A DNA stretch of 64,000 nt from Amoebophrya sp. A120 (taxonomy: Eukaryota > Protista > Dinoflagellata). Where the stretch lies: assembly GCA_905178155.1 (NCBI GenBank), contig CAJINV010000011.1, positions 953,982-1,017,981 on the forward strand, written 5' to 3'. The position numbers and the translations under genes were made by a program. Under the pieces are notes generated by a model. The model was given only the letters and a program-made list of their open reading frames with translations. It was not told where the DNA came from and ran no database searches. Positions 34,701 to 45,951 of the stretch are shown here, piece after piece (within the stretch, counting starts at the first letter, position 1; every line of letters begins with the position of its first letter).

Positions 34701-35474
34701 CCACAGCCACCTGAAGAACCTCACCATCCACGTGAAGCCGGATCTGCAGAAATTTTTCGCAGCGGACGGGACAGGGAACAAAACCACCCTGGAGCAACTT
34801 ATCTACCATCACTTTCACGTCGCCGAGCGGAATCGGATTTTTTTCTTCTGTAAGGACCCCGATCATGGGGGCCTCAAAATCTGCAGCACGGATGAGGAGA
34901 CGCAAGAGGAAAAGTACACGCCCAGTGGACACCCGGGAACGGTACTTACTTCTAGTGTTTATGAATTTGTTTTCGGGCTGCATCAGCGTCATTTTTGTAC
35001 GTTGTATGTACAACGTACAAAAATGACCCTGATGCAGCCCGAAAAGTACACAGGCTGTACTACAGCAAGTAGTAGTCTGACTCGGCTCATACGAAATGCT
35101 TGGAATTTGGGCCTGATGCTGGAAACAAAACATCAAAGATTTAGATTTACTACAAGCTGCTTTGATGGAAGAATACAAAGCGAAAACAAACTTAGAGCAG
35201 CGCACCCAGCGCACCATTTGCATTTGAAAGAGATGTAGTTCTAGATCCAATGTCGTGATCATGGAAATTCAACCCCCAAAAAAACAAACTACAGCCGCCC
35301 ACCATTCCGCTGTGGCTCCAGATTTTGGTAGACGGGACCTTGTTTCTCCTCAGTCCGATATTAATCTTTGGCTGCCTGGGTGACCCTGCGGAGAAAAGGA
35401 AACAGGCCACTGCAGCTGCGAAGAAGGCCGCGAAGAAGGAGCCAGCAGTGCCGCCGGCCGCGGCTGCAGTGTGA
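31786..35474 (+). CDS. Type-I membrane/secreted protein with a PAN/Apple-like domain; exons 31786-34941 and 35295-35474
   Basis: Hydrophobic leader (AILSLAFALVPATG) and Apple-like NCRERCNAVHGCKFFFV...CVLY. GT-AG intron 34942-35294 (phase 0) adds TM PLWLQILVDGTLFLLSPILIFGCLG and a basic tail. Confidence 0.8.
34970..35045. repeat. 76-bp near-perfect palindrome inside a GT-AG intron
   Basis: ttttcgggctgcatcagcgtcatttttgtacgttgta-tg-tacaacgtacaaaaatgaccctgatgcagcccgaaaa; 37-bp arms, 1 mismatch. Confidence 0.95.
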
Positions 35475-36437
35475 GTTGGTGGAAGTAAGTAGATACTGCT
35501 GTTGTTGTGCGAGAAAGCAACAGCAAGAAGTCCAGAACGATATTTCTGAAGAAGAATTTGTTTTCCCTTGAAATTTTTAGTATTCACATACACGAGTTTA
35601 TTTCACTTCGTTTTGCAAACATTAACATTACCACGCATCGTCACGCTTTGAGCTGTACAGTAAGATTAACATAGACTACATATTAGACCACTCGTAGTTT
35701 GACCCCGAAGAGAAGTACTGTAACACACGTTTGTACATTCTTAAATAAAGAGCGTATTCGTAAAATTCGTTCCCTCCACGACAACAAAGAGTTTTAACTC
35801 CTCACGACCTCTCATTTACTACTAGTAGTTTTAGAGACCAGAACCGAAACCGAATGAAGACTGAGAACTTCAAGAACATCAAACCTACCTAGCATTAGCT
35901 GTAGTACGAGGCAAAATTATTAGCGACCCCGCGCGTTATTTCAGTTGTACTTTTCTATTTAATCGAACTCGACACACAACCGTACAGAGGAAACGTCTAC
36001 AACGGACCTTCATGTTGCTGTATCCCGGCACGAATTTCTTAAAAAAATAAGCAAGACCGCCCATCACATCTGTGGAGCCCCAGAAGGACGTGAAAAGATA
36101 GTTCATCAAGAGTTTCTGATGTTTCACTAAAAGTAAACCAATATATAGGTGGTCAAGAACATGATCAAGGAAGTACTAAGTACACGTTTCGTATATTTGC
36201 TTCTTGCAACAGCGTTGGTCCGCGGTTAAAGAACAGACGAACAGACGCCTCGTTTTCTTGGTTTGTTCGTGGTACTTTGATATACCCGGCTGAGCTAGCG
36301 GATCCTCTTCCTCACTTTCCCACCAATAAAAAGTTCGAAAAGCTCGTCAAAAATCGCCCTTCGGAAATGGCCTGTTGGCACGAGATCATGCACTTGCATC
36401 TTCACCCATAGTACCTCCTCAGAGTTTGATTCAGCGA

Positions 36438-36466
36438 CGAGAGAGAGAGAGAGAGAAAGAGATAGA
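36438..36466. repeat. (GA)n microsatellite
   Basis: gagagagagagagagagaaagagatagag. Confidence 0.85.
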
Positions 36467-37032
36467 GGCTGAGAGGTGAAAAAAGTGAAACAAGGAATTT
36501 TGCTTTCTTTGTGGATTGTAAACGATTGAATGTTTCCCCTCCTTATGTCATTGTGTTATGAAGTCATTGTCCCTGCTGCCTTCAGAAACTTGTTTGTCTG
36601 TAGATTCGAGTTCGATTGGATTAGTTTAGCGCCCCATGGCGAGCACTTTTGCTTCAACAACAAATCCAAAATGGTTGTCATGGTCCGACCGTACAGCTAC
36701 TACAATCTGAATTGCAACAAAAATTTCTTGATGTGAAAAAAATTTAGGAGACGTTGTAGCTTCCTAATAGTAGCTGCAGCCAGTTAACAAGAACTACAGT
36801 CGAGGGTGTAGTTGTAGTTGTTTAGGGGAGGAGCAGAAATCAATCAATCGCTTTCCAAGAAAAAAATTGAAAAATTTCAACTTTTCTTCGAGCACGCACT
36901 ACAAGATCCGAGACCGTGGTCCTGCACACTTCTTCTACTCGACGAGTCGGGAACTACATCTACTTGACGTGCCCGTTGGTGTCGAGGAGTCGGGCAGTAG
37001 AGAACTACCAGCACGACCAAGCACGCCGAAGA

Positions 37033-40000
37033 TGTCAACTCCAACAGGAGCAGCGAGAGGTGCAGCTGTCGTACACAACAACATCAGTAGCTCCGCTTCC
37101 AGCACCAGGATCAATATGTCCTCCGGGTTTTTTCTGGCGAAGAAGTTCCTGAGGCCCTTGTCCCTCTCCCTGGCCGCCACATCGTGGACCACCCTGTCGT
37201 ACGGAATCGACACCCAGCACCAGGCGCACCACGAGGCCCATGACCACGCGAACAAGCACCAGGCCAGCCGGCGGTTGCGGCACCAGGGCCACGATGATGG
37301 CGATGACGCACCAGTTATCCTGAGCAAAATTACTGCGAAGAACTCGAGAAGGCACCCCAATCCTCCGCTTCCGACGTGGAGGGAAAACAATAAATCTCGC
37401 ACGACGAGAGTAGATGTACTGCTACTGCTACTGGTCATGCATAGATGCATGAGAAACAGAAAGACAAACGCAAAGAAATGTCTACCGGGGTAATAGTTGT
37501 GTGTACGTAGTTTTTGCACAGGATTACATAGCCAGAAGAGACGCCGGAGCCCCCAGCTAACGCGACCTCGCTGATGGGACGGCGCGCTGATCCGCCCACG
37601 ACGAGCACCAGCACAACGACCACCACTTATCAACCGCAAATATTTGATGTCTCGGGCTGGGTCACCTCACCCAGGGTGAAAAGTGCGGCTTGTATATGCT
37701 TTTCATGCTCGGCTGTACGTGCTAGAAGTAGAGCAGAACTGTCGTGTATAAATCAAGAAATCCAGCATCTTCACAAGTACTTAAGTTGTTTCCCGACCCA
37801 GGCAGATTTTTTACAGTTGATACGCATACGACTAGTACCACCACGACAACGACGACTACTACCACTGAAGAGGAAACGATGGCCCCGGAGGAAATGATGC
37901 CCAGCACCGAGGCGCCGCCCACGGCGATGGTACTATAAGTATGACGAATTCAACTTTTTTTTACACTATACAGACAAATACAAATATATAATTGTTGCAC
38001 AAACGAAACACCTCCTCGTCTAGAAGAACGTAAGATAGCCACATGAAAAAGAAAACTCTTGCAGTAAGACAACCGCCTTGCAAGTTGGTCCTCGATAGGA
38101 TGATCTGATTGATGAGAATCAATTGATATCTTCATTCTCGTTCACACAAATACGACAACGACCTCCAGGTGCAAAAAACCGGTCGAAGGATGAGGGCAGA
38201 TAGTACGCTGGCAAACGAATGTATTTCGAGTCAATAAACGAAATAATGTGTCTTCTTGATTGCAATCTGTGTGTCATGTTATTGAATCAAAATCATGCAA
38301 AAGCAAAACGAAAACCATAAATGCAAATGCAAATCGGAGATTCACTTTCACATGCATTGCACCTGGTGCATGCTAAACGACGCGTCAGACACAGATTATT
38401 CGTTGCGTTGACCTGAGATTTTCCTTGCATAACCTCGACAACCATGGAGCCCGAGCCGAGCACTATGGATCCAACCACCACGGAGGAAACGAGCACGGAA
38501 GGGTATGGCCTGCTCAGCTTGGAACAATGATCCCGACTGGAACAAGAATTTGTGATGCGAAATGCGGACGATCAGGATGATGGAGTAGAGCGCGACAAAA
38601 ATGAACATCTGATCTAACTCCAAACAGCATTTGCATTCTTGGAACTTACATCAAAGAATCTGTCATGCGAAGCTGCAGCACATAGATTGGATTCTGCTTT
38701 TGCCGATGCCGTGTACTACATTCTTCTAGTCCAGATCATTGTAGTTCCAACTGAGCAGGTCATAAAGGGCCCATGAGCATGACGTCCAACATCGGCCCAG
38801 GTTTGTTGTTTGTTCCCTGATTTGGTAATATGCAATTTGTGATGCAGGCTGAGGCTTTGAACTACATTGTTATTGTTTGTGATGCAGGCTTGGGATGATG
38901 AAATTGGACTAAATACTTACAGAAGTAATACTTCGAGCAAAAAAAGAAAAATAATCCAGATGGCAGTCCGAGCGTGGATGCGGGTGTGGATGGATCCAAG
39001 CCGCCGTTAAGGGGTGAAAAAAAACAGCTCCGTGGAAACTTTGAGTCCTCTCTGGGGGAATGGATGTGCATCGAGGTCCTCTCTATGTTGTATTTTTAAG
39101 GAATTTGTCAAATTGAAATTGCACTAGAAGTAGATGGAGAAATAGTTCCTACAACGTCTTTGAGTGCGTAAATTGACGGATTAAATTTATGAGCCGGTGA
39201 GGACGTCGCAGGAAGCATTTTTCTACTGTTCGCAGGAGAAATAACAAGTAGAGCTGCATCCTGTACAAGTTTTTGGGGACTCAAAGTCAAAAGGAGAATG
39301 TTTTTTCATCTTGATAGGACAGCAGCATGATGCGTTCGGAGCAGAAAAAATTATCCTCGGTAAAAACGTACGTGCCTCCCATTTGTGGTCATGGGAATCT
39401 GCAGACTCACAGTGTTAATGTGTTTCGTACACAACCCATAATAGGCAGTCTCTAGAGGTGTTTGATAGGAATTGGTCGTGCTCAAATCAGGATTGATTTC
39501 TGGATGATTAGGCACGATCACGACCTCATCTACGCCGCATAAGTAAGTACCCAAACTTGTCATGCGCGAGTCTCCAAGCTTCTAGATCTGGGTTTGTCTT
39601 TGTCGTGCATGATTCGAAAGAATACCTGAATGACTAGTATTGGGTGGGTATCTTTTTACTCATGATAGAAACTCGGAAAGAACTCGACAGCGTTGCTTCT
39701 GCAGACGGACTATCAACAGCAAATATGTGTCTGGGTCTGGAATGATGCTGCTGATTTGTGATATTAGCGCAGGATGACGTGAAATAAAAGCTGTCATGTA
39801 TGAGGAAAAGCTAGCTTTTTTTAGTCATGCGAAGAGGGGATTTCTCATGCAGGATGGACATTTGGATTTGGAAGGTATCAATTAGTATTACAAATTCTGC
39901 CATGTTGCCAGGGCGTGCATGGTCATGCGAAAGCTGCGTAACAAACGCCTTTCTTTTTCCAGGCCCAGAAACATTTGCACTTGATACGGACGATCGCCAC

Positions 40001-43000
40001 ACGTTTTTGGCCGGTATAGTCTTAGTCCTAGTGTTGAGGTCAAATTGAATATCACAGTAGGTGTAGGATAAATTTGTGCATTTACTAGTATGTTCGCTCC
40101 TGTAAGAAATGGTGATTGTAACTGTCGATTTACCTTACTCTTTTCTGGGGAAGCAGATTAAGATTTTTCATGCATGCATGAAAATTATGAGTATGATTGA
40201 CGCATATTATTTGCAAAAGGGCTACTGTTTGCAATTTTCTACGAAGTGTTTTGGTCGTGTTTTTGTGGTTCGTTGTCCATGGTTTTGGATCTTTAATCTG
40301 CATGGCGCAGAAGAAACACAGCATCTCCCCAACCGTCACAGGCTCTGCACCGGCCACGTTGGAAGAGGCAGCTAACGGGAACGACGTGGCCAAGGCCATC
40401 TTTAACTCGATCGCTAGTCCCGTTGTCGTATGGATTGCAAAAGTATCGTACTAGTAGCAATTGCATTGCAAGAGTCCGCTGCAGCATGAGACATGCAATT
40501 TGTAATGCAGGAGATGTACCAGGTAAGTAGATCTATCTTTAATAAGAAAATGAAAAAGATTGGTAATGCATGACGTCAATTACTACGAGGGCGATGGTTT
40601 TGCACAGGATATGTAGAGGACGATGTGAAAACCGCCACGGACACGGCCCTGGCCACCCTCGTCGGGCAGACTTTCGATGGCGTCGAAATCACCGCAGAAA
40701 TGGTCGCTGCTGCCACGCCTGATGTCGTTGCCGCAGCGATCGCAGACGCTGCAACCCAAGACACCATCAAAGATGCAATCGTAACCGCTATGACAGAAGC
40801 GATGAAGCCAAGTACTTTTTTTGTTCTGACTTCAGGTAGGTGGTGAACCAATATCTGTAAAAAAATGCTGAACGACGTTATTTCTTTGAGAGGCATCATG
40901 TTGATGAAGAATGGAGCAACCAGATCGAAAATTAGCGCCAAAGAGATCCATTGCGATTGCAACAATCCAACAACAAAAAAACCAGCGACGGCGGCGCCTT
41001 CCAACTCAAGCAAGAACAGTCTATCCGGAGAAAAAATCTTTTCTTCAAATTCTCTTTCTCGTCTCACTTTCAAGATTAAGATTCGCAAATAATGGTAGTG
41101 CTCACGTAGCTACTTCCTTTTCATTTGGGCAAAGCAGGTAGCATCACTAGAGTAAGCATCCCGAGGTAGTTGTCATCCACTCTGCAACATATATACAGCC
41201 ATAACGCAGGAACATGAGCTGTGCGGTAACTAGTTTTTGTAGGTGTACTGATATCTTAATCTTTGTCTTCCTCTGTGATGTATTGTGAGCTCGCCGCCCG
41301 CCGGAGCACCGCCAATAATTACAAAGCACCTTCTTGTTGACGAAGTGGATATGGACCCTGCCCGAGGTTATGATGTTTTTGTAAAAACCGTCTGACAACA
41401 AGTCAGCTGCTAGTGTTTCGAGAAGACGAGAGATTAAAATTTTCAGAATCATACCACACCGAAAATGACACCGCGGCAACAACGGCAGCTCCAGCGGCCG
41501 CGGAAGAATCAAGTAGTGCACTTTTTGGAATGACAGATGTGGTTCGTTCCTTTATAGATAGAGATACTGCTTCAAAAATTGAATTTCTGAGAAAATTCTT
41601 GATTTTAAGAGTAATTAGGTACATTATTTTTATTGCCAGTGCGAGTGCGGCAGAAGTCCTAATTTTCTTTGTAGTGTTGCGATGTTATTCATACCAATAA
41701 AACAGGCAACGCGACGATCATTATCGTGGTCGTGGTGATCGTCGTGATCCTATCATTTGTGACACTTTTATCCCTTCTTGTTTTTCATAAAACCATTCTG
41801 TTTTTTGGATTTACAGCACCTAGATTCTGCATGCGTTCATGTTCATCTGCATGTGATTCCTGACGAGCATGACAAGGAGCAGAGATGTATTTTTGCAACC
41901 GGAAAAGAACAAGCCTTTTTCGCTAAACACATGAAGCACACGCTTCCTTGGGCGTGATCTTGGATTCATTTGCAACATCCAGCCGAACGAAGGAGGAAGA
42001 GGAAAACGCTTTACGTTTTCAAAAATCAGAATGATCATGGGGGAAGCAAGGGGAGGAAGTTGTCACAGATGATAAGTGTTGATTGGTGTCTATCCCACTG
42101 AAAAAAGCTAGCATTTTTTGTTGCTATTTCAAGATGAAAAAAGACACGAAAAAAACTGGTCATGGAATCTCTACTCTTGCCCTTGCAATTGCATGCCTGA
42201 ATGACGGAGCAGAAGCAGAATGCGATGGGCATGCTGGGCTGCTACACCTGCAGCTCATCTTTGTGTATAGCTTGTTTCCACCACAGAGACAGATAAGTAT
42301 CATACGAAGATATGTTTTTAGCTTTTTTCTGTGGGATATCATCGGTGTCGGCGTGTTCATGATGAACAAGGGTGGCGGTGTATCCTGAGTAAAAACGTAC
42401 CCACACCAGAGTCAGGGTGGGGATTTTGCAACACAAACCTAGGAGCTTTGTGAGTCACGCATGACAAGTTTCAGTCCGTAAGGTAGTGCAAGTAAGCAAG
42501 GAAAGCCGCATCACAAATCGACCTTCTGATCCTGTTCACAGCATCACAAATTCCAAAACACGATTGGAAATGGCTCTCATGGGGATGAGCATTACAAGTC
42601 TTCCTGTCTTTGCAAACCTGCATTACAACTCTGGTGTGGGTACGTTTTTCCTCAGGATACGGTGCCCCGGCGGAGGGCGGTATGAAGCCGGAAAATGCTG
42701 TCTTGCTGCCTTAACAGTAAACATTAACAAGTGGAACAAAAGTTACCGGATTAACAGTTATGGAGCTGTCATTAACCTGTAATAACAAGGTAATAGACAA
42801 TACCTTGGATAAACATTATATATTCCAGGATAAACCTTGGATAGTACCATCCCTTGGATATTGTTATAATTCCAGGATAAACATTCCGGTTTCCAGGATA
42901 AACATTACCATTACCTGTTAACTCCTTGTTATAACAGCTTAAATGCTGTCTTACTCCCCCATTGAGGCCGGTATGAAACCGGTACAAAATGAAAAGTTGT

Positions 43001-43538
43001 TGCCGGCCACTTGTAATGCAGAACTTGCAACAACATGTATGTGACACGTACATGTTGTTGCAAGTTCTGCATTACAAGTGTATCTATGTTGTTGCCAACA
43101 TGTGCCCCTGTTTATTTATGAAAAATTGTTATGGAAGCACTACAGCTTCAGCTACAGAGAGAGCATTTCCCATCCATAGCAGGCGAGGAAGGCGAAGGAG
43201 AGGAGGAGGACCCGATGGCCGTGGCCGGCTATCCTGTGTTAAAACGACTCGTCGAGCATCGGCCCCAGAGTTAGTTTGTTTTCAAGATCATGCGAGCTTT
43301 GCTCAATAACGTGGGGTGCACGTCGTGCATGGAAGCGTTTGCTTGGCTGCCGAAAGCAGCATCATGTAAGTTGGAACAATTTTTGGTTACTAATAAATTC
43401 ATGCAACAGCACGAGGAAGAGGACCAAGACTGGTAGCATTGCATCACAAACGCAAGTTTTTTTTGCGGGGTCGTCAGGACGACGAGGAGGGTTTTTGCAC
43501 TGGATATTGGTGCTTTTGACCCCAACGCGGGGTACTAA
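37033..43538 (+). CDS. Mucin-like type-I membrane protein encoded by ~19 short exons, most separated by introners
   Basis: Signal peptide (RPLSLSLAATSWTTLSYG), His-rich then Thr-rich exons, a TM assembled from three exons (ATIIIVVVVIVVIL|IGV|GVGVFMM) and an acidic tail GEEGEGEEEDPMAVAG|AFDPNAGY* ending at TAA 43536-43538. The frame of exons between 39317 and 40015 is ambiguous. Confidence 0.65.
37316..37525. mobile_element. Degenerate introner (could also be removed as GT-AG intron 37314-37531)
   Basis: tatcctgagcaaaattac ... gtagtttttgcacaggatt. Confidence 0.65.
37628..37822. mobile_element. Inverted-repeat introner
   Basis: tatcaaccgcaaatattt...gggctggg / cccgacccaggcagattttttacagttgata; element plus 5 nt joins two poly-Thr frames. 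Confidence 0.75.
38222..38420. mobile_element. Degenerate introner
   Basis: tatttcgagtcaataaacgaaataatgtgtc ... gacacagattattcgttgcgttgacctgagatt. Confidence 0.6.
38504..38764. mobile_element. Inverted-repeat introner, TSD AAGGG
   Basis: tatggcctgctcagcttggaac ... gttccaactgagcaggtcata; AAGGG at 38499-38503 and 38765-38769. Confidence 0.88.
39007..39316. mobile_element. Degenerate introner
   Basis: ...gtgaaaaaaaacagctcc...actttgagtcc pairs with ggactcaaagt...ggagaatgttttttcatcttgata. Confidence 0.65.
39352..39667. mobile_element. Introner related to the 332/42381 family
   Basis: tatcctcggtaaaaacgtac ... gggtatctttttactcatgata; also carries aaacttgtcatgcg at 39553-39566. Confidence 0.75.
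39711..39986. mobile_element. Inverted-repeat introner, TSD CGGAC
   Basis: tatcaacagcaaatatgtgtctgggtctggaa ... ttccaggcccagaaacatttgcacttgata; CGGAC at 39706-39710 and 39987-39991. Confidence 0.88.
40429..40611. mobile_element. Inverted-repeat introner, TSD TGTCG/TGTAG
   Basis: tatggattgcaaaagtatcg...tagcaattg / caattacta...cgatggttttgcacaggata; element plus 5 nt joins ORF 40197 to ORF 40625. Confidence 0.8.
41751..42074. mobile_element. Inverted-repeat introner within the TM-coding region
   Basis: tatcatttgtgaca ... tgtcacagatgata. Confidence 0.8.
42091..42338. mobile_element. Inverted-repeat introner within the TM-coding region
   Basis: tatcccactgaaaaaagcta ... tagcttttttctgtgggata; only 16 nt from the previous element. 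Confidence 0.82.
42381..42659. mobile_element. 279-bp introner, TSD CGGTG; empty, inverted homolog of 332-11939
   Basis: 31-bp TIR tatcctgagtaaaaacgtacccacaccagag(t) with 1 mismatch; CGGTG at 42376-42380 and 42660-42664. Confidence 0.93.
43008..43080. repeat. 73-bp palindrome inside GT-AG intron 42680-43179
   Basis: cacttgtaatgcagaacttgcaacaacatgta-tgtgacacg-tacatgttgttgcaagttctgcattacaagtg; 32-bp perfect arms. Confidence 0.95.
43230..43506. mobile_element. Degenerate introner
   Basis: tatcctgtgttaaaacgactcgtcg ... cgacgaggagggtttttgcactggata; flanks ccggc/ttggt; frame restored. Confidence 0.72.
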
Positions 43539-45951
43539 AACGGTGAGGGGAGGAAAGAAAATCAAGATCCTTCGAGGGGACTTCTTCGGGTACTTACTCA
43601 GTGTGTACATAATGTTTTTGTAGACTGACAGGCATGAAAAAACTATCTGGAAGTTAACAGAAGTTGACTTCTTATGCGACATGAACTACATGATTGTGAC
43701 GAGTTTTCGTGCATGATTCGCATGATTTCTGCATGTCGAATGAATGAAGGTTATCTTCGAACCTGTGAATCTGCTTTAAAAAAATGATGAAAAATTTTTC
43801 GTCAATCCAACCCAGGTCCTTGTTCGCGCGTACTTGGTGTTGGAGCTTAAAGACGGTCATGAGGGAAGCGCTGCTCTTTTTCGTTTGAGTGGTGCGCTTT
43901 TCAGCAAGGCCTTTCAGGAACACCGGATGCAGAACGAGGCTGTTCGCGGAAGCTTCAACGGGGATCTTGAATTTGAAGTTTTGATTTTGATCAAGCGTAG
44001 AAAATTTAGGATTAGAGAGCACGAAGAATTAATGACACGATAGCACAGTACAATTTCAACAGCTCTAGTTTTGAATTTGATGAAAGGAAAAGGCATAGAT
44101 TACAATCGCAAGCACAAAAAATCCAAAAACTTAAACTAGTCCTCGGGTACGAAGTTGCAGGCGTCCTCTCGTCGTATTCGAGTTTTGAAGAGAAACAAAA
44201 TTATTGAAAGGTGCAGAAGCAGCTACTGCGAAAAGAAGTACTGTACAAAAAGTGGTAGTGGTCTAGGACACCAACAACATCACGAGAAGTAAAAATAGTC
44301 GCCTTGACTTACCATTGAGTGGTCGAGATTGACTCCAGTGAGCTAATCAAGTATCCTTTTTCAGGATCATCAGTGTCAGTTTTCAGACCGATACAGTTAC
44401 ATTTTACGGGACGAAAGACAATAAACCAAAAACTTCCGGCTGCAAATAAAGGATGAACAATAACTTCGATACGGTTTACGATTTCACGATTACTTACGAC
44501 CAGATACGAGCGAATACGAGCAGATGCAGAAGAAACAAAATCGCAGGAAATAAAAGCAGGATTGATAGGAGATTATAGCAATTACCAAGACCAACTAGAA
44601 CTAGTTTCGTTCCAACCGTTTACCTTTTACACTAGAAATTAGTACACTGATTAACTGCAGATTCGCGTTGCTTTACACCAAATGAGAAGTTTTCTCCACG
44701 ACTTAAGCTGACGAGCTTGCTTTTATGAGAATTGCAAGTCGGTCAGTCGAAGAGCTTTTAGTTTTTTATTCCGAGAAGCAAAAAGAAGAACTAAAGACAA
44801 AGTTTATCATCTTGACAATACAAAGAGCCCAGAGAGGACAGAGTTAATCGTTAATGCTTGCCGTTTCAAAAAAGTTTCAGTTTTATGGTTTCAGGCGCAG
44901 TTTCAAAATTATCTTCCAACTAAATGTACTTGTACAGATGGTTACCCGCCACACAGAATAAGAAATGCAAGTACAGGAAATAATTCGCGAGCTTTTGCTG
45001 CCCAGCAGATATTGACGTTCCCAAATTGTATCAAATGATGACTTACCTCCAAAGAAATCGAAATAGGCTGCAGTTGCAGTTCTATTATTTGTTTTGCTGT
45101 GCATAATTATCGAATTTCTAGTACCCTGCAGACCGAGTTGTTCTATCTTCCAGAAGCAGAATTATGATCAAATTTCTACGTTTCCCAAGGTAGTTTCCCT
45201 TTCCTGTCGGTGTCGTTTTTGCAGTATGAGCAAGGAAAATGATGTACGTCCGTGTCCGACTACAAGTTTCTTGTCGTCTTCACAAGTGAACAATCTGAAT
45301 CGTACATCGTAGTAAGAAATTTTCTCGTTCAAGTCGTCACACCAAAGGCACTTTAGCTTCGTGACCGCAAAGCAAAAGAACCGAGTAGTTTGTCGTACAG
45401 CCAGATGATGAATTTAAATTTTTTACAAATACATTCGTGCGACGTCGTGTTATCACAAGCAGTACTAGAAGGGGCAAAACGAAAACGGTCACAGATAGAT
45501 GTTGACCACCTGCTATCGTTACTAGGACATCAGCACTCGTTGGTCGTGTAGTCGTTCTCTAGTGATGGTCGTTGCGTCGTCGAAATATCCGGGTCTTCGT
45601 CCTCATGCCCTCATCTGTGGTTCCATTTTCATTCTCGTGGGTTTGTATTCATCTATGGAATCGGAAGTACGAAAACGAAAAGTCCAAATATTTCAAATCG
45701 TATGATTCATTACTTCGCGCAGGCAGTCGTATTTACGGCTTTGTTTCTTCTAGTCTACAACTTCCCCACAACTTGATGAATTTTAAGAACGAGAACGAGT
45801 CCCACCTGCTTCTATGAAAAGTACGATCATACCCCTGCTACGATTTCTTTTTTGCTAAATATTCCGGTGTTTCTGTTTTTTTCTTCCTTGACCGGTGCGG
45901 CTTCGTGTTGATTTTCACTACGCCGACTAGTACACGACTCAAGAACAACTG

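Noticed and set aside
34942-35238. C-terminal ~98 aa of ORF 31786-35238
   Set aside because: AT-rich, contains a DNA palindrome and is bounded by GT/AG; it is better explained as an intron preceding the TM exon.
33616-35262. 548-aa antisense ORF and other long antisense ORFs
   Set aside because: Shadows of GC3-rich sense genes with no independent motifs.
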